NCBI GenBank assembly: GCA_947630075.1 | Contig: CANRGF010000003.1 | Span: 1-43,471, forward strand | DNA: 43,471 nt | DNA from: an uncultured Clostridia bacterium | GTDB lineage: Bacteria; Bacillota; Clostridia; Christensenellales; UBA1242 | Reading direction: 5' to 3' | Shown: in pieces, positions 1 to 9,274 of the stretch | Position numbering within the stretch: position 1 is the stretch's first letter | How the letters are laid out: every line of letters starts with the position of its first letter | Program-made: the position numbers and the translations under genes | The notes under the pieces: model-generated | What the model saw: the letters and a program-made list of their open reading frames with translations, nothing else | What the model was told of the DNA's origin: nothing | Databases searched by the model: none

Positions 1-442
1 CTCCAAAGGTTGAGCCGGCAAACACCAAATATGCCACCGAGCAACCGGCGGTGAACACTGTGGCGCATTTTATTATCAGCAGATTTGAAATGCCAAGCGA
101 GATGACAAATATGAGCGTGCCTACTAATGGAAGCACGGAATACCAATCTTCCCACATGAACACGGCACACACGATTGCCAGCACAAACAGCCCACTTGCC
201 ACCAAAATTTTGCTTTTTTTGTTGCCACCCGCCTTTTCAATAAAATAGAATATCCCCACTCTAATGCAATCAAAAAATGAAACCACTGCTCCAACCCATG
301 CTTTCATAAGGAGCAAATACGAAAAATATAGCAGCGCGCTGACCCATTGGATTATAAACAACAGTTTTTTGCCCTTGGCAAAACAACTCAATCCATAAAG
401 AACTGCTGAAATGGCTATGAAGATTTGAGCCACAATAAACAT
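1..442 (-). CDS. YgjV-like inner membrane protein (3' end runs off the window)
   Basis: Not in the ORF track. Manual translation from ATG 442 gives MFIVAQIFIAISAVLYGLSCFAKGKKLLFIIQWVSALLYFSYLLLMKAWVGAVVSFFDCIRV...WEDWYSVLPLVG..., open to the window edge. Multi-TM with YgjV-like A..GA...R and W..W.S.LP..G patterns. Confidence 0.7.
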   Translation of the reverse strand, partial: MFIVAQIFIAISAVLYGLSCFAKGKKLLFIIQWVSALLYFSYLLLMKAWVGAVVSFFDCIRVGIFYFIEKAGGNKKSKILVASGLFVLAIVCAVFMWEDWYSVLPLVGTLIFVISLGISNLLIIKCATVFTAGCSVAYLVFAGSTFG

Positions 443-514
443 AACAAGATTATAAACTAAATTTTATTTTTAATCAAATTATTTAAACTATTTTTAAATT
501 TTTAACTTTTCCTC

Positions 515-543
515 TTGCTTTTTGCCATAGTTTGTGCTATCAT
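515..543 (+). promoter_or_regulatory. sigma-A promoter of the rpsF-ssb-rpsR operon
   Basis: TTGCTT-17 bp-TATCAT with extended -10 TG. Confidence 0.6.
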
Positions 544-601
544 ATAGATGCTAAACATAAGTTTGGCAAGCGCATTTAATAAGTCGAAATAAAAAAGTGC
601 G

Positions 602-640
602 TTCCTTACCTAGTTTTAGGTCAATAGTCCATAAGGAGGT
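602..640 (+). promoter_or_regulatory. S6:S18 ribosomal protein leader-like RNA
   Basis: TCCTTA pairs with TAAGGA (the SD); inner hairpin ACCTA/TAGGT; unpaired CCA just before the SD strand. This fits the known S6:S18 autoregulatory motif. Confidence 0.6.
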
Positions 641-643
641 TTT

Positions 644-925
644 ATGAATAACTACGAATTGATGTACATCATCCCAAGTCAATCAACGGACGAAGAGAAA
701 GAAGCGTTAATCGCCCAAGTCAATGCCATGATTGAAAAGGATGGAGGAAAGATTGAGAGCGTTGAGCGCATTGGCAACAAAAAGCTTGCTTACGAAATCA
801 ATAAGAAGCGCGAAGGTTACTATGTTTTAGTTAACTTCACCGCATCAAGCAAACTGCCTAATCCGCTTGGCAAACTGCTTTCAATCACAAATAATATTAT
901 GCGTTATATAATTGTGGCAAAATAA
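644..925 (+). CDS. rpsF: 30S ribosomal protein S6
   Basis: MNNYELMYII...G.KKLAYEINKKREGYY; SD AAGGAGG. Confidence 0.97.
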   Translation: MNNYELMYIIPSQSTDEEKEALIAQVNAMIEKDGGKIESVERIGNKKLAYEINKKREGYYVLVNFTASSKLPNPLGKLLSITNNIMRYIIVAK

Positions 926-945
926 TTTTTTAGGAGATTTTAAGA

Positions 946-1379
946 ATGAACAAAGTTTATTTAATTGGTAATTTAACGAGAGACCCTGAATTAACACCAC
1001 AAATAGTGGTGTGGCAGTGTGCAGGCTGTCAATTGCCGTAACCAGAAGATTTTCAAACGCTGAAGGCACAAGAGAAACAGATTTCTTTAATGTAACCGCT
1101 TGGCGTGGCACGGCTGAAAACTGCGCAAAATTTTTGAAGAAAGGCAACAAGATTGCAGTGTCTGGCTCAATCCAAACAAGAAGTTTTGAGCGTCAGGACG
1201 GCACTAAGGGCTTCGGCATTGACATTGTGGCAGACGAAATTGAATTTTTGCAGTCTAGAAACGATTCAAGCGAAGGCTCTTCCGAAGCGCCAGCAGGTGG
1301 CTTTGGTGTGGCTGGCGGCAGCCAACAATCTGCTCCGCAAGCAGATTTGCAGCCAGTTGATGAAGATTTGCCTTTCTAA
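946..1379 (+). CDS. ssb: single-stranded DNA-binding protein, with an apparent 1-nt deletion near 994-996
   Basis: MNKVYLIGNLTRDPEL starts at ATG 946 (SD AGGAG) in a different frame from TTNSGVAVCRLSIAV...DEDLPF; lies between rpsF and rpsR. Confidence 0.93.
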
Positions 1380-1438
1380 GCACTTATAAAAATCTGCTCG
1401 GCAGATGCCGAGCCAATCTAAATTAAAAGGAGAATTAA

Positions 1439-1750
1439 ATGGAAGAAGAAGTTAAAGCCCCTGTTAAAGAAAAGGCTGAAAAAGTGGAAAAAACTGAAAG
1501 GCCTGAAAAGACAGATAAGAAAAAGTTCTTTAAACAGCACAAGCAAAACAAACGCAAAGTTTGCGCTTTCTGCCAAGATAAAAAGCCTATCGACTATAAA
1601 GATGCAAATAGGCTTAGAAAGTTTATTGCAGAAGGCGGCAAGATTTTGCCATCTCGCCAAACAGGCACTTGCGCTCGCCATCAACGTGAATTAACCGTTG
1701 CAATCAAGCGCGCAAGAAACATTGCTTTGTTGCCATTCGTTGGTGAATAA
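1439..1750 (+). CDS. rpsR: 30S ribosomal protein S18 (Zn-binding type, with charged N-terminal extension)
   Basis: RKVCAFC...IDYKD...[17 protein letters not shown]...[13 protein letters not shown]. Confidence 0.97.
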   Translation: MEEEVKAPVKEKAEKVEKTERPEKTDKKKFFKQHKQNKRKVCAFCQDKKPIDYKDANRLRKFIAEGGKILPSRQTGTCARHQRELTVAIKRARNIALLPFVGE

Positions 1751-1752
1751 TT

Positions 1753-1779
1753 AACCCCTCGCTTTTAGCGGGGTTTTTT
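1753..1779 (+). terminator. intrinsic terminator after rpsR
   Basis: AACCCC(T)CGC tttta GCGGGGTT followed by a T-run. Confidence 0.75.
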
Positions 1780-1823
1780 ATTGGGGCTTGACTTATGCGA
1801 GGAATTATGTTAAGCTTCAGTTA

Positions 1824-2321
1824 ATGGATGGTTTGGAATTTATTAAAAAAGACCGATTGACAGCAAGCGAAATTGACGCTGCTTTTAACATTTTAAAAAT
1901 TAATATGCTTGAGCTTAATGTGCCCGCCACAGAAGAGGACAAAGCGCTCTGGTCAAAAAGCCTAAAACAAAATTTGCAGGATAACAATTTTGCTTTTTAT
2001 TTAATTTATTTGCGCGGTGAATTAGTTGGCTTTGTTGAAACGCTTTCTAAGGGAAATTCACTAAACGTGTGCGAAGTGCAACTAGCAAACAGAGTTAAGC
2101 ACACAAAAGTTATTTTGGAAGTGATAAAACACCTTTATTCTCTTAAAGAAGCGTATACTGCAGAAGAAGTTACTTTTTCGATTTTGAAAAACAACGAAAT
2201 GTCCAACAAAACGTTCTCTCATTTGGGAGGAAAAATCGTTTGGCAAAGCGAACGCAAAAACTATTATTCGCTTTCGCCCGAACTTGTGGAAAAATATTTA
2301 AAGACCTTGCATCAAATTTAG
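1824..2321 (+). CDS. GNAT-like acetyltransferase
   Basis: FYLIY..GELVGF...LNVCEVQL...N..S...F..LG pattern. Start moved to ATG 1824, 7 nt after TTGACT-17-TAAGCT. Confidence 0.55.
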   Translation: MDGLEFIKKDRLTASEIDAAFNILKINMLELNVPATEEDKALWSKSLKQNLQDNNFAFYLIYLRGELVGFVETLSKGNSLNVCEVQLANRVKHTKVILEVIKHLYSLKEAYTAEEVTFSILKNNEMSNKTFSHLGGKIVWQSERKNYYSLSPELVEKYLKTLHQI

Positions 2322-2388
2322 AGCGTCCGCTCTTTTTTTGTTGTGAAAAACACTTGCAAGTTTCTTCAATTTCTTTTAGAATATAACC

Positions 2389-2940
2389 ATGAAAAGATGC
2401 AGTTGGGTCAATCTAAATAATCCGCTATATGTTGCCTATCACGACAATGAGTGGGGCGTGCCCGTGCATGACGATAAAAAACTTTTTGAATTGCTGCTGC
2501 TCGAAAATTTTCAAGCGGGTTTAAGTTGGGAATGCGTGCTAAATAAACGCGAGGCGTTTAGGTGTGCTTTTGACAATTTCAATATTGATAAAATTGCAAG
2601 TTATGATGAAAATAAAATTTCGAGTTTGCTAAAAAACAAGAATATAATTCGCAACAGATTGAAGATTAAAGCAAGCATTCAAAATGCAAAAATATTTAAG
2701 CAAATTCAGCAAGAATTTGGCAGTTTTTCATCTTTTATTTGGAGTTTTAGCAAGGATAAGGTGGTGATTGAAGAATATACCCGCCGCACCACATCCCCGC
2801 TATCTAACAAAATTTCAAAAGACTTAATCTCGCGCGGGATGAAATTTGTGGGTTCAACGATTATTTATTCATATTTGCAAGCAATCGGCATAATCAACGC
2901 ACACGGCCGTGAATGTGATTTGTGTAAAAAACTGAACTAG
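2389..2940 (+). CDS. tag: DNA-3-methyladenine glycosylase I
   Basis: RCSW...YHDNEWGVP...LFE...FQAGLSW...IIRNRLKI...FVGSTIIYSYLQAIG...H...C. Confidence 0.96.
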   Translation: MKRCSWVNLNNPLYVAYHDNEWGVPVHDDKKLFELLLLENFQAGLSWECVLNKREAFRCAFDNFNIDKIASYDENKISSLLKNKNIIRNRLKIKASIQNAKIFKQIQQEFGSFSSFIWSFSKDKVVIEEYTRRTTSPLSNKISKDLISRGMKFVGSTIIYSYLQAIGIINAHGRECDLCKKLN

Positions 2941-2948
2941 CAGTTAAG

Positions 2949-3941
2949 TTAAAACAATTTATCTGTGTCGTCTATTGAGAATTTGCTATTGCGTGAACTT
3001 AAAACTTGTTGAGATTTTTCTTTGCCCTTTTCTAATTCTTTTTCTTGGGTTTGTTTGACATATTTTTTAACTTCGTTTTCTAATTGACTTAAAAAATATT
3101 TAAACTTGTCAATCTCTTGCTGAGATTTAAAGAATGAGCATGGCGGAAGAATTTTTTTATTAAAGTAATTTGCAATAACTCCCCGCAAAAATTCATAAAT
3201 TTCCTCTAAGCAATGCTTATAGGTATCTTCACTTTTTTCCTTAATTAAAAATTTAAAGCATTCTATTTGTCTCTCAATGCTGAATTCTTGGAAATCTTCT
3301 GTGGAATCAATTTCTTGATTCTCTTTTTTTGCGTTTCTATCATTGACATGATTTATTGGCTTGTATTTTGGGTTTAAAATGACCTGCCCAGTTGAAATGT
3401 CGATATATCCCTTTATCCTCTCTATTGGCAAAGTGTAATAATCTTTGTTTTTCACTAAATCTCTGCTATCGGCATCAAGAATCATAATTTGCTTTTGATT
3501 TCTATGTTGCCTATTGAATAATTCATATAAAATTTCGTTATCTGATAAATCAATTAATGCATAAGAAGTGTGGGCGATGTCTTTTGCTGGGCTATAACAT
3601 CTTAAGCCCTTTTCCATTATTGCTTCTGCGCTCGATGTGGCATGAATGCGATAATTTTTATCTTTTAAAACTTCCAAAATTTGTTTTATAAATTGCGGAC
3701 TATAATTTTCTTTTATCTCTTTTGTGGTTTCGGGGACATATTCTTCAACTTCTTGTTCTTTAAAAGTTAAAAAATTTGCAAATTTTGTTAGAATTTCACT
3801 ATTTCGTCTTGCCAAAAAGAGAATATCCCTTTCGTTATAATTTTCTTCATACTCCTTATCTAAATTTTTTATAAATTCATCCATTTGCTTGGCGGAGATG
3901 TTAAATTTTCCGCACTCTTTTTTTAATTTGATAATCTTCAT
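2949..3941 (-). CDS. hypothetical protein with a possible ADP-ribosyltransferase-like central domain
   Basis: IHATSSAEAIMEKGL...HTS...LP...IKGYID...LNPKY. Start at ATG 3941, 6 nt after TTGACA-17-TATAAT. Confidence 0.4.
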   Translation of the reverse strand: MKIIKLKKECGKFNISAKQMDEFIKNLDKEYEENYNERDILFLARRNSEILTKFANFLTFKEQEVEEYVPETTKEIKENYSPQFIKQILEVLKDKNYRIHATSSAEAIMEKGLRCYSPAKDIAHTSYALIDLSDNEILYELFNRQHRNQKQIMILDADSRDLVKNKDYYTLPIERIKGYIDISTGQVILNPKYKPINHVNDRNAKKENQEIDSTEDFQEFSIERQIECFKFLIKEKSEDTYKHCLEEIYEFLRGVIANYFNKKILPPCSFFKSQQEIDKFKYFLSQLENEVKKYVKQTQEKELEKGKEKSQQVLSSRNSKFSIDDTDKLF

Positions 3942-4042
3942 ATTTGAATTATAATAAAAACTCATGAAAATGTCAAAGTTTTATTGGTTTTCTAGTTAAA
4001 AATCATTTTGATTTTCATTTGTTTTCTGCTATAATTTGATTT

Positions 4043-5161
4043 ATGAATATTGAAAACATTGGTGATGAATTATCTAAATTGGTGGATAAGTTTGAGCTCA
4101 CAAAATCTTGCTTAAATTTGGATGTGGAGCAGCAAAAATTATCCTCTCTTTTAAAAGAGCGCGAAAGCCTAACCTTCTGGAACAATTTGGATTATGCCAT
4201 GCAGACGAACAAAGAGATTAAAGCCATTCAAGATTTGTTTGAAGAGGTGAATTCGCTGCAAGCGAGTTTGCAATCGCTTATCGACACGGTTAAAGGGTTA
4301 GAAGAAAGCCCAGATATTGAAATGCTAAACCTCGCCCTAACTGAAATGCTAGATTTAAAAGATAAAGTTGACGAGTTAAATGTGCGCACTCTTTTAGACG
4401 AAAAATATGATAACAATGATGCAATTCTCACAATTCACTCGGGAGCGGGTGGCACTGAGGCTCAAGATTGGGTGGTGATGCTTGCTAGAATGTATAAGAT
4501 GTTTGCTTCGAAATATGGCTTTGACTATTCTGTGGTGGACAAAGTTGACGGCAACGATGCCGGGTTAAAAACCATCGTAATTTGGATTAAAGGCGATTAT
4601 GCCTATGGCAAACTTAAAGGAGAGATGGGCGTGCATAGATTGGTGCGCATCAGTCCGTTTGACAGCAACAAACGCCGCCACACGAGTTTTGCTTCGGTTG
4701 AAGTTGTGCCATCTATCAGCCAAGGCTCATCTGTGAAAATTAATAACGAAGATTTGAAGATAGACACATATCGCAGTTCGGGTGCGGGCGGGCAAAATGT
4801 AAATAAAGTGGAAACTGCCGTGCGCATCACTCATATCCCAACTGGCATTGTGGTAACCTGCCAAAATGAGCGTAGCCAACTGCAAAACCGTGAAAACGCA
4901 ATGAAAATTTTAACTAGCAAACTTGTGGCACTTGAAGAAGAAAAACGCCGCCAAAATCTAAACGAAATCAAGGGCGATTTAAAGCGCATTGAGTGGGGAA
5001 GCCAAATAAGGAGTTATGTTTTCCAGCCATACACAATGGTGAAAGACCACCGCACGGATTATGAAACTAGCGATGTGCAGGCGGTGATGGACGGAGAATT
5101 AAATCCGTTTATCAATGAATATCTTAGAAAATCACACTCGCAGGCTTCAAATGAGCAATAG
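4043..5161 (+). CDS. prfB: peptide chain release factor 2 (no internal frameshift)
   Basis: [13 protein letters not shown] tripeptide (RISPFD), GGQ motif, WGSQIRSYV. Confidence 0.97.
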   Translation: MNIENIGDELSKLVDKFELTKSCLNLDVEQQKLSSLLKERESLTFWNNLDYAMQTNKEIKAIQDLFEEVNSLQASLQSLIDTVKGLEESPDIEMLNLALTEMLDLKDKVDELNVRTLLDEKYDNNDAILTIHSGAGGTEAQDWVVMLARMYKMFASKYGFDYSVVDKVDGNDAGLKTIVIWIKGDYAYGKLKGEMGVHRLVRISPFDSNKRRHTSFASVEVVPSISQGSSVKINNEDLKIDTYRSSGAGGQNVNKVETAVRITHIPTGIVVTCQNERSQLQNRENAMKILTSKLVALEEEKRRQNLNEIKGDLKRIEWGSQIRSYVFQPYTMVKDHRTDYETSDVQAVMDGELNPFINEYLRKSHSQASNEQ

Positions 5162-5252
5162 GCGAGCAAATTAATTGTGTTTTTAATCATTTTGTTGTAG
5201 AATATAATCATAAAAAGTTGGCAGTAGTTTGCCAAACAATAAAGGAGAAATC

Positions 5253-5807
5253 ATGAAAAAGTTTTTTAAAGAATTTAAAGCGTTCATATCGCGTGGCAAT
5301 GTGCTAGATTTGGCCATTGGCGTGATTATCGGTGCAGCGTTTTCTGCAATTATCACCGCGCTCACAAACGGCATTTTGATGCCTCTAATCAACGCCTTGC
5401 TTGCTAAAGGTGGCAACGGCTTAGAGAGTGCCTACACTTTCTTAACTAAGGTTTATGATGCGCAAGGCACATTAGACCTCACTAAGAGCATTTATATTGA
5501 CTGGGGAGCATTTATCACGGCAATAATCAATTTCTTGCTCATCGCTCTTGTGCTCTTCCTTATTATGAAGGCCTTGATGAGCGCAAAAGGCTTTGCTGAA
5601 AAACGTCAAAAAGAAATGCCAAATAAAGAAGAAAAGGCTGCCATTGCCGCTCAGGGTGTGAACATGAAAGATAGGGCTGCTGTGGTTAAGGCCACTGCCG
5701 AACTTCGTGAGAAAAACAAACCCGCTCCTGAGCCTAAAAAGCCTACGCAAGAAGAGCTTTTGCAAAATATTTTAGACGAGCTAAAAAAACAAAACAACAC
5801 AAAATAA
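5253..5807 (+). CDS. mscL: large-conductance mechanosensitive channel
   Basis: FFKEFKAFISRGNVLDLAIGVIIGAAF...WGAFITAIINFL; SD AAAGGAG. Confidence 0.95.
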   Translation: MKKFFKEFKAFISRGNVLDLAIGVIIGAAFSAIITALTNGILMPLINALLAKGGNGLESAYTFLTKVYDAQGTLDLTKSIYIDWGAFITAIINFLLIALVLFLIMKALMSAKGFAEKRQKEMPNKEEKAAIAAQGVNMKDRAAVVKATAELREKNKPAPEPKKPTQEELLQNILDELKKQNNTK

Positions 5808-5894
5808 AATAGCCGGCGCAAAGCCGACTTTTTTAAAAATTTTATTGAAAAATTTTCGAATTTGTGCTATAATCAAACTAAACAAGGAGGAATT

Positions 5895-6557
5895 ATGATT
5901 AAAAACATTGTTTTTGATGTGGATGGTGTGCTGCGCATCACAAAAGATGGTGATTTTCCTGTGGAAGATGTGTTGCCAGCAGCATTGAAAAAGAAATATA
6001 AGGATGTGTGTGAGAACATGACTGTTTCGCAATTTGTAAAGTTGTGTGATGATTTGGGTGATGTGCATAAATTTGACGCGGGCAAAATAACCACAGAAGA
6101 ATTTAGAAGCACGATTGTGAACCGCTCAAACTTGGAGCGCGAATTGGTGGACGCAGTGCAAAATTCTAGGATTAAAAAATCTAGTTTTAAATCTTCTCCC
6201 GTTACAGCAAAATTGGTGGAGCAATTAAAAGAGCAAAAGTTTAACTTATATATCCTATCAAACACTAACAAGTTTTTAATTCAATCATGGAAAGATGGTT
6301 TCAACGAAAAGATGTTTAAGGACATGCTCTTTTCGTGCGAAGCGGGCCTTGTGAAGCCAGATGTGGAATTCTATAAACTTGCCATGAAAAGATGGAAAAT
6401 AAAGCCACAAGAAACCCTGTTTGTGGACGACAATCCTCAAAACCTTGTTCCTTTCACTCGCATGGGTGGGCATACCTATCTTTACGATGAAACGCGTGCG
6501 GCACAATGCAGTGAAGAATTGAAAAACTACATTAGCAAAATCAACAAAATAAAATAA
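5895..6557 (+). CDS. HAD-superfamily hydrolase
   Basis: FDVDGVL, LSN, KP, FVDD motifs; SD AAGGAGG. Confidence 0.9.
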   Translation: MIKNIVFDVDGVLRITKDGDFPVEDVLPAALKKKYKDVCENMTVSQFVKLCDDLGDVHKFDAGKITTEEFRSTIVNRSNLERELVDAVQNSRIKKSSFKSSPVTAKLVEQLKEQKFNLYILSNTNKFLIQSWKDGFNEKMFKDMLFSCEAGLVKPDVEFYKLAMKRWKIKPQETLFVDDNPQNLVPFTRMGGHTYLYDETRAAQCSEELKNYISKINKIK

Positions 6558-6574
6558 CATTTAAAGGAGTTTTT

Positions 6575-7336
6575 ATGAAATTTCAAGAATTAAAAGAGCT
6601 AACTGAAAATTTGGTGAAAATAGACACCACATTATTTGAAGGAGCGAAAAATAAAAATATTTATGGCGAAGCTTGGCTCGCTAAATATTTCACTCGCCTT
6701 AAATCGCGTGGAGACGCGGAAAATCATCTGCCACTATTTAAAAAGCGCGAAACAATTTTGAAAAAATTGAAAACGGTGACAAAGGGAGATGACATCTCTC
6801 GCCTATATAGATGCAAGGTGTCAGTTTTAAAAAAGCACTTGGCTAAGTCTAATTCCAATGAAGAGTTATCTCTCTTCACCATCTATAACAATGACCCTTA
6901 CGATTGGGAAGATGACCCGTCCGTTTCAGTTTATTTTGCCAAAGGGGGAAGACCATTCACCGTGCTTCATCGTGCAGCCATGCAAGGTGAGTCAATCGAG
7001 GAGAATAGGCAAAACATATTGCTGACCCTTACCCCTTTATTTAACGCTTACCCATACACGCATAATTGGCAAGAACTTCTTAAAGAGTGCCCAACACTAA
7101 GAGAAGAATTGTGGGGTGCTTTAAGAGATCAATATAACGAAATTGTGAGTGCAAAATTGGAGGAAAATAGATCTGCTTTGCAAGCCAACGAGCGCAGATT
7201 GATAGAACTAACGAATCCCCTTTTCTTACAGAAAAAGATTGAAGAGCTAAAGCGCAAAGAAGTTTCAATCTCAAAAAAGATTAAAGAAGATAAAGAAAAG
7301 TTTGACGAAATTGATTTAAACATTTTTGAAAACTAA
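6575..7336 (+). CDS. hypothetical protein with C-terminal coiled coil
   Basis: 253-aa ORF with SD AAAGGAG; no motif recognised. Confidence 0.7.
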   Translation: MKFQELKELTENLVKIDTTLFEGAKNKNIYGEAWLAKYFTRLKSRGDAENHLPLFKKRETILKKLKTVTKGDDISRLYRCKVSVLKKHLAKSNSNEELSLFTIYNNDPYDWEDDPSVSVYFAKGGRPFTVLHRAAMQGESIEENRQNILLTLTPLFNAYPYTHNWQELLKECPTLREELWGALRDQYNEIVSAKLEENRSALQANERRLIELTNPLFLQKKIEELKRKEVSISKKIKEDKEKFDEIDLNIFEN

Positions 7337-7398
7337 AAGCCATCTTGGCTTTTTTCTTTATGCTTGACAAAGCCTTGCCTAAATTCTATAATAGCCTT

Positions 7399-8079
7399 AT
7401 GGAAATTAAAGATTTGCAAAGTGCACTCGCCCTTCACGAACGCGAGTTTAATAGTTATTTTAATGAATTGATTGAAGGCAACAAGGTTGCCAATCTCACC
7501 GCAATCACAGAAAAATTAGATGTGGAAGTTAAGCATTTTTTAGATAGTGTTTTGCCAATCGAAGAAATTAAAAAAGGTGCAAGCGTTGTGGATGTGGGCA
7601 CGGGCGCAGGTTTTCCCGGCTTGCCAATAAAAATCGTCCGCCCAGACATAAAACTTTCGCTGGTGGATAGCCTAAATAAGCGCGTTGCTTTTTTGAATAA
7701 TTTAGTGATAAATTTAGGCTTAAAAGATGTTGAAATTTTTCATCTGCGAGCAGAAGAGTTTTGCTCAAAATTTAGAGAAACTTTTGATGTGGCGGTGGCG
7801 CGTGCCGTGGCAAAAACAAACACCCTTTTAGAATACCTTTTGCCCCTAGTGAAAGTGGGTGGAATTGTTTTAGCATATAAGGGCAGCGGATATAGCGAAG
7901 AGTTAATAGAGGCGCAAAAGGCACTGGCAGTTTTGGGCGGGAAAATTGAAAAGGTGCTCAACTTCACCCTGCCACATGATTTTGGTGAAAGAAACATAAT
8001 TGTGATTAAAAAAGTTAAGCCCACGCCTGCAATATATCCGCGCCCGCAAAACAAACCAAAACTAGACCCAATCAACTGA
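7399..8079 (+). CDS. rsmG: 16S rRNA m7G527 methyltransferase
   Basis: NLTAI...KHFLDS...DVGTGAGFPG...RAE...ARAVA...YPR; start ATG 7399. Confidence 0.96.
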   Translation: MEIKDLQSALALHEREFNSYFNELIEGNKVANLTAITEKLDVEVKHFLDSVLPIEEIKKGASVVDVGTGAGFPGLPIKIVRPDIKLSLVDSLNKRVAFLNNLVINLGLKDVEIFHLRAEEFCSKFRETFDVAVARAVAKTNTLLEYLLPLVKVGGIVLAYKGSGYSEELIEAQKALAVLGGKIEKVLNFTLPHDFGERNIIVIKKVKPTPAIYPRPQNKPKLDPIN

Positions 8080-8202
8080 GAATTTGCAAAAATTGCATTT
8101 TTTGCGTGAAAAAAAACGAATTTTGACGAAAATTTCTAAAATTGCGCAAAAAAATAAGAGCTTTTTACACTTCTTAGTTTTTTATCCTCAACCCAATATA
8201 AT

Positions 8203-8952
8203 TTATGCGCCCTCGATGAGCATTTTGTCTGCAACGAGAGCGATAAATTCACCATTGGTTGGTTTTTCATTGCTTGAATAAACCTTGATGCCAAATAGGT
8301 TGTTTATGTTTTCAATTTTTCCCCTATTCCAAGCCACTTCAATTGCATGACGAATTGCACGTTCCACTTTTGAAGCACTTGTGTCATATTTTTCGGCAAT
8401 TGTTGGATATAATTTTTTTGTGATTGAATTTATAATTTCAGGATTGTCAATCGCGAGTTTTATTGCCTCTCGCAAGAACTGATAGCCTTTGATGTGAGCC
8501 GGAATGCCAACCGTGATAAATATGTTTGTGATTTTCTCTTCAATTTGGCTTTTCGACTTTGAATTGAAGAACATTTTGTTTGTGTTGTTTTTCGCATTTA
8601 AGATGTCCTCAATGCGCTCTTTTAGTGTGGCTGTGTCAAATGGCTTAATGCAATAATATTTTGCTCCAAGTGAAATGGCTTTGTTTATAAATCCATCAAT
8701 GGATAATGACGATTGCACCACAATGTTTGTTGGCACATTCTTAACGCTTTCAAGCACTTTAAATCCATCGCACTTTTGAAGCACCACATCCATCACCACC
8801 ACATCGGGTTTTAAATTTTTTATCAACTTTATAAGTTCTTCACCATCTTGCGTTTGTGCAAGAATTGTGTAATTTTCCTCATCAAAATGTTTTGTCATTT
8901 GGCTTAAAACATTTTTATCTTCGTCTGCTAGTATAATTGTAGTTTTGCTCAT
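8203..8952 (-). CDS. spo0A: sporulation master regulator Spo0A
   Basis: Receiver domain plus GIPAHIKGYQFLREAI...ITKKLYP...SKVERAIRHAIEVAW...KPTNGEFIA. Confidence 0.97.
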   Translation of the reverse strand: MSKTTIILADEDKNVLSQMTKHFDEENYTILAQTQDGEELIKLIKNLKPDVVVMDVVLQKCDGFKVLESVKNVPTNIVVQSSLSIDGFINKAISLGAKYYCIKPFDTATLKERIEDILNAKNNTNKMFFNSKSKSQIEEKITNIFITVGIPAHIKGYQFLREAIKLAIDNPEIINSITKKLYPTIAEKYDTSASKVERAIRHAIEVAWNRGKIENINNLFGIKVYSSNEKPTNGEFIALVADKMLIEGA

Positions 8953-9096
8953 AATAATCCCCTTTTAAATGTTTAAAATAACTACAATTTCTTTTAAACA
9001 CAACGATATTTTAGCATTTTAAAACAAAAAAACTTAATGAAAAAAACCAATCTTTTTTAATTAATTTAGCAATATTGCGAGTTTCTTTATTTTTAA

Positions 9097-9103
9097 TGTC
9101 GAA
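9097..9103 (+). promoter_or_regulatory. Spo0A box (0A box)
   Basis: Perfect TGTCGAA about 145 bp upstream of spo0A, consistent with autoregulation. Confidence 0.5.
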
Positions 9104-9274
9104 ATTAAATTGAAAATTAAATTATTTTCAACTATTTTAAAAAATTATCATTCATTAATCCGTTTTTTCGAGGAATAGAAAGGTTTATTTAAAATTTTGT
9201 CAGCAAATAAAATTCCTCTTTATTTTTGTTCTATTTTTTCCTCTCTCTCTATACATTATAAAAGGAGGAACATT

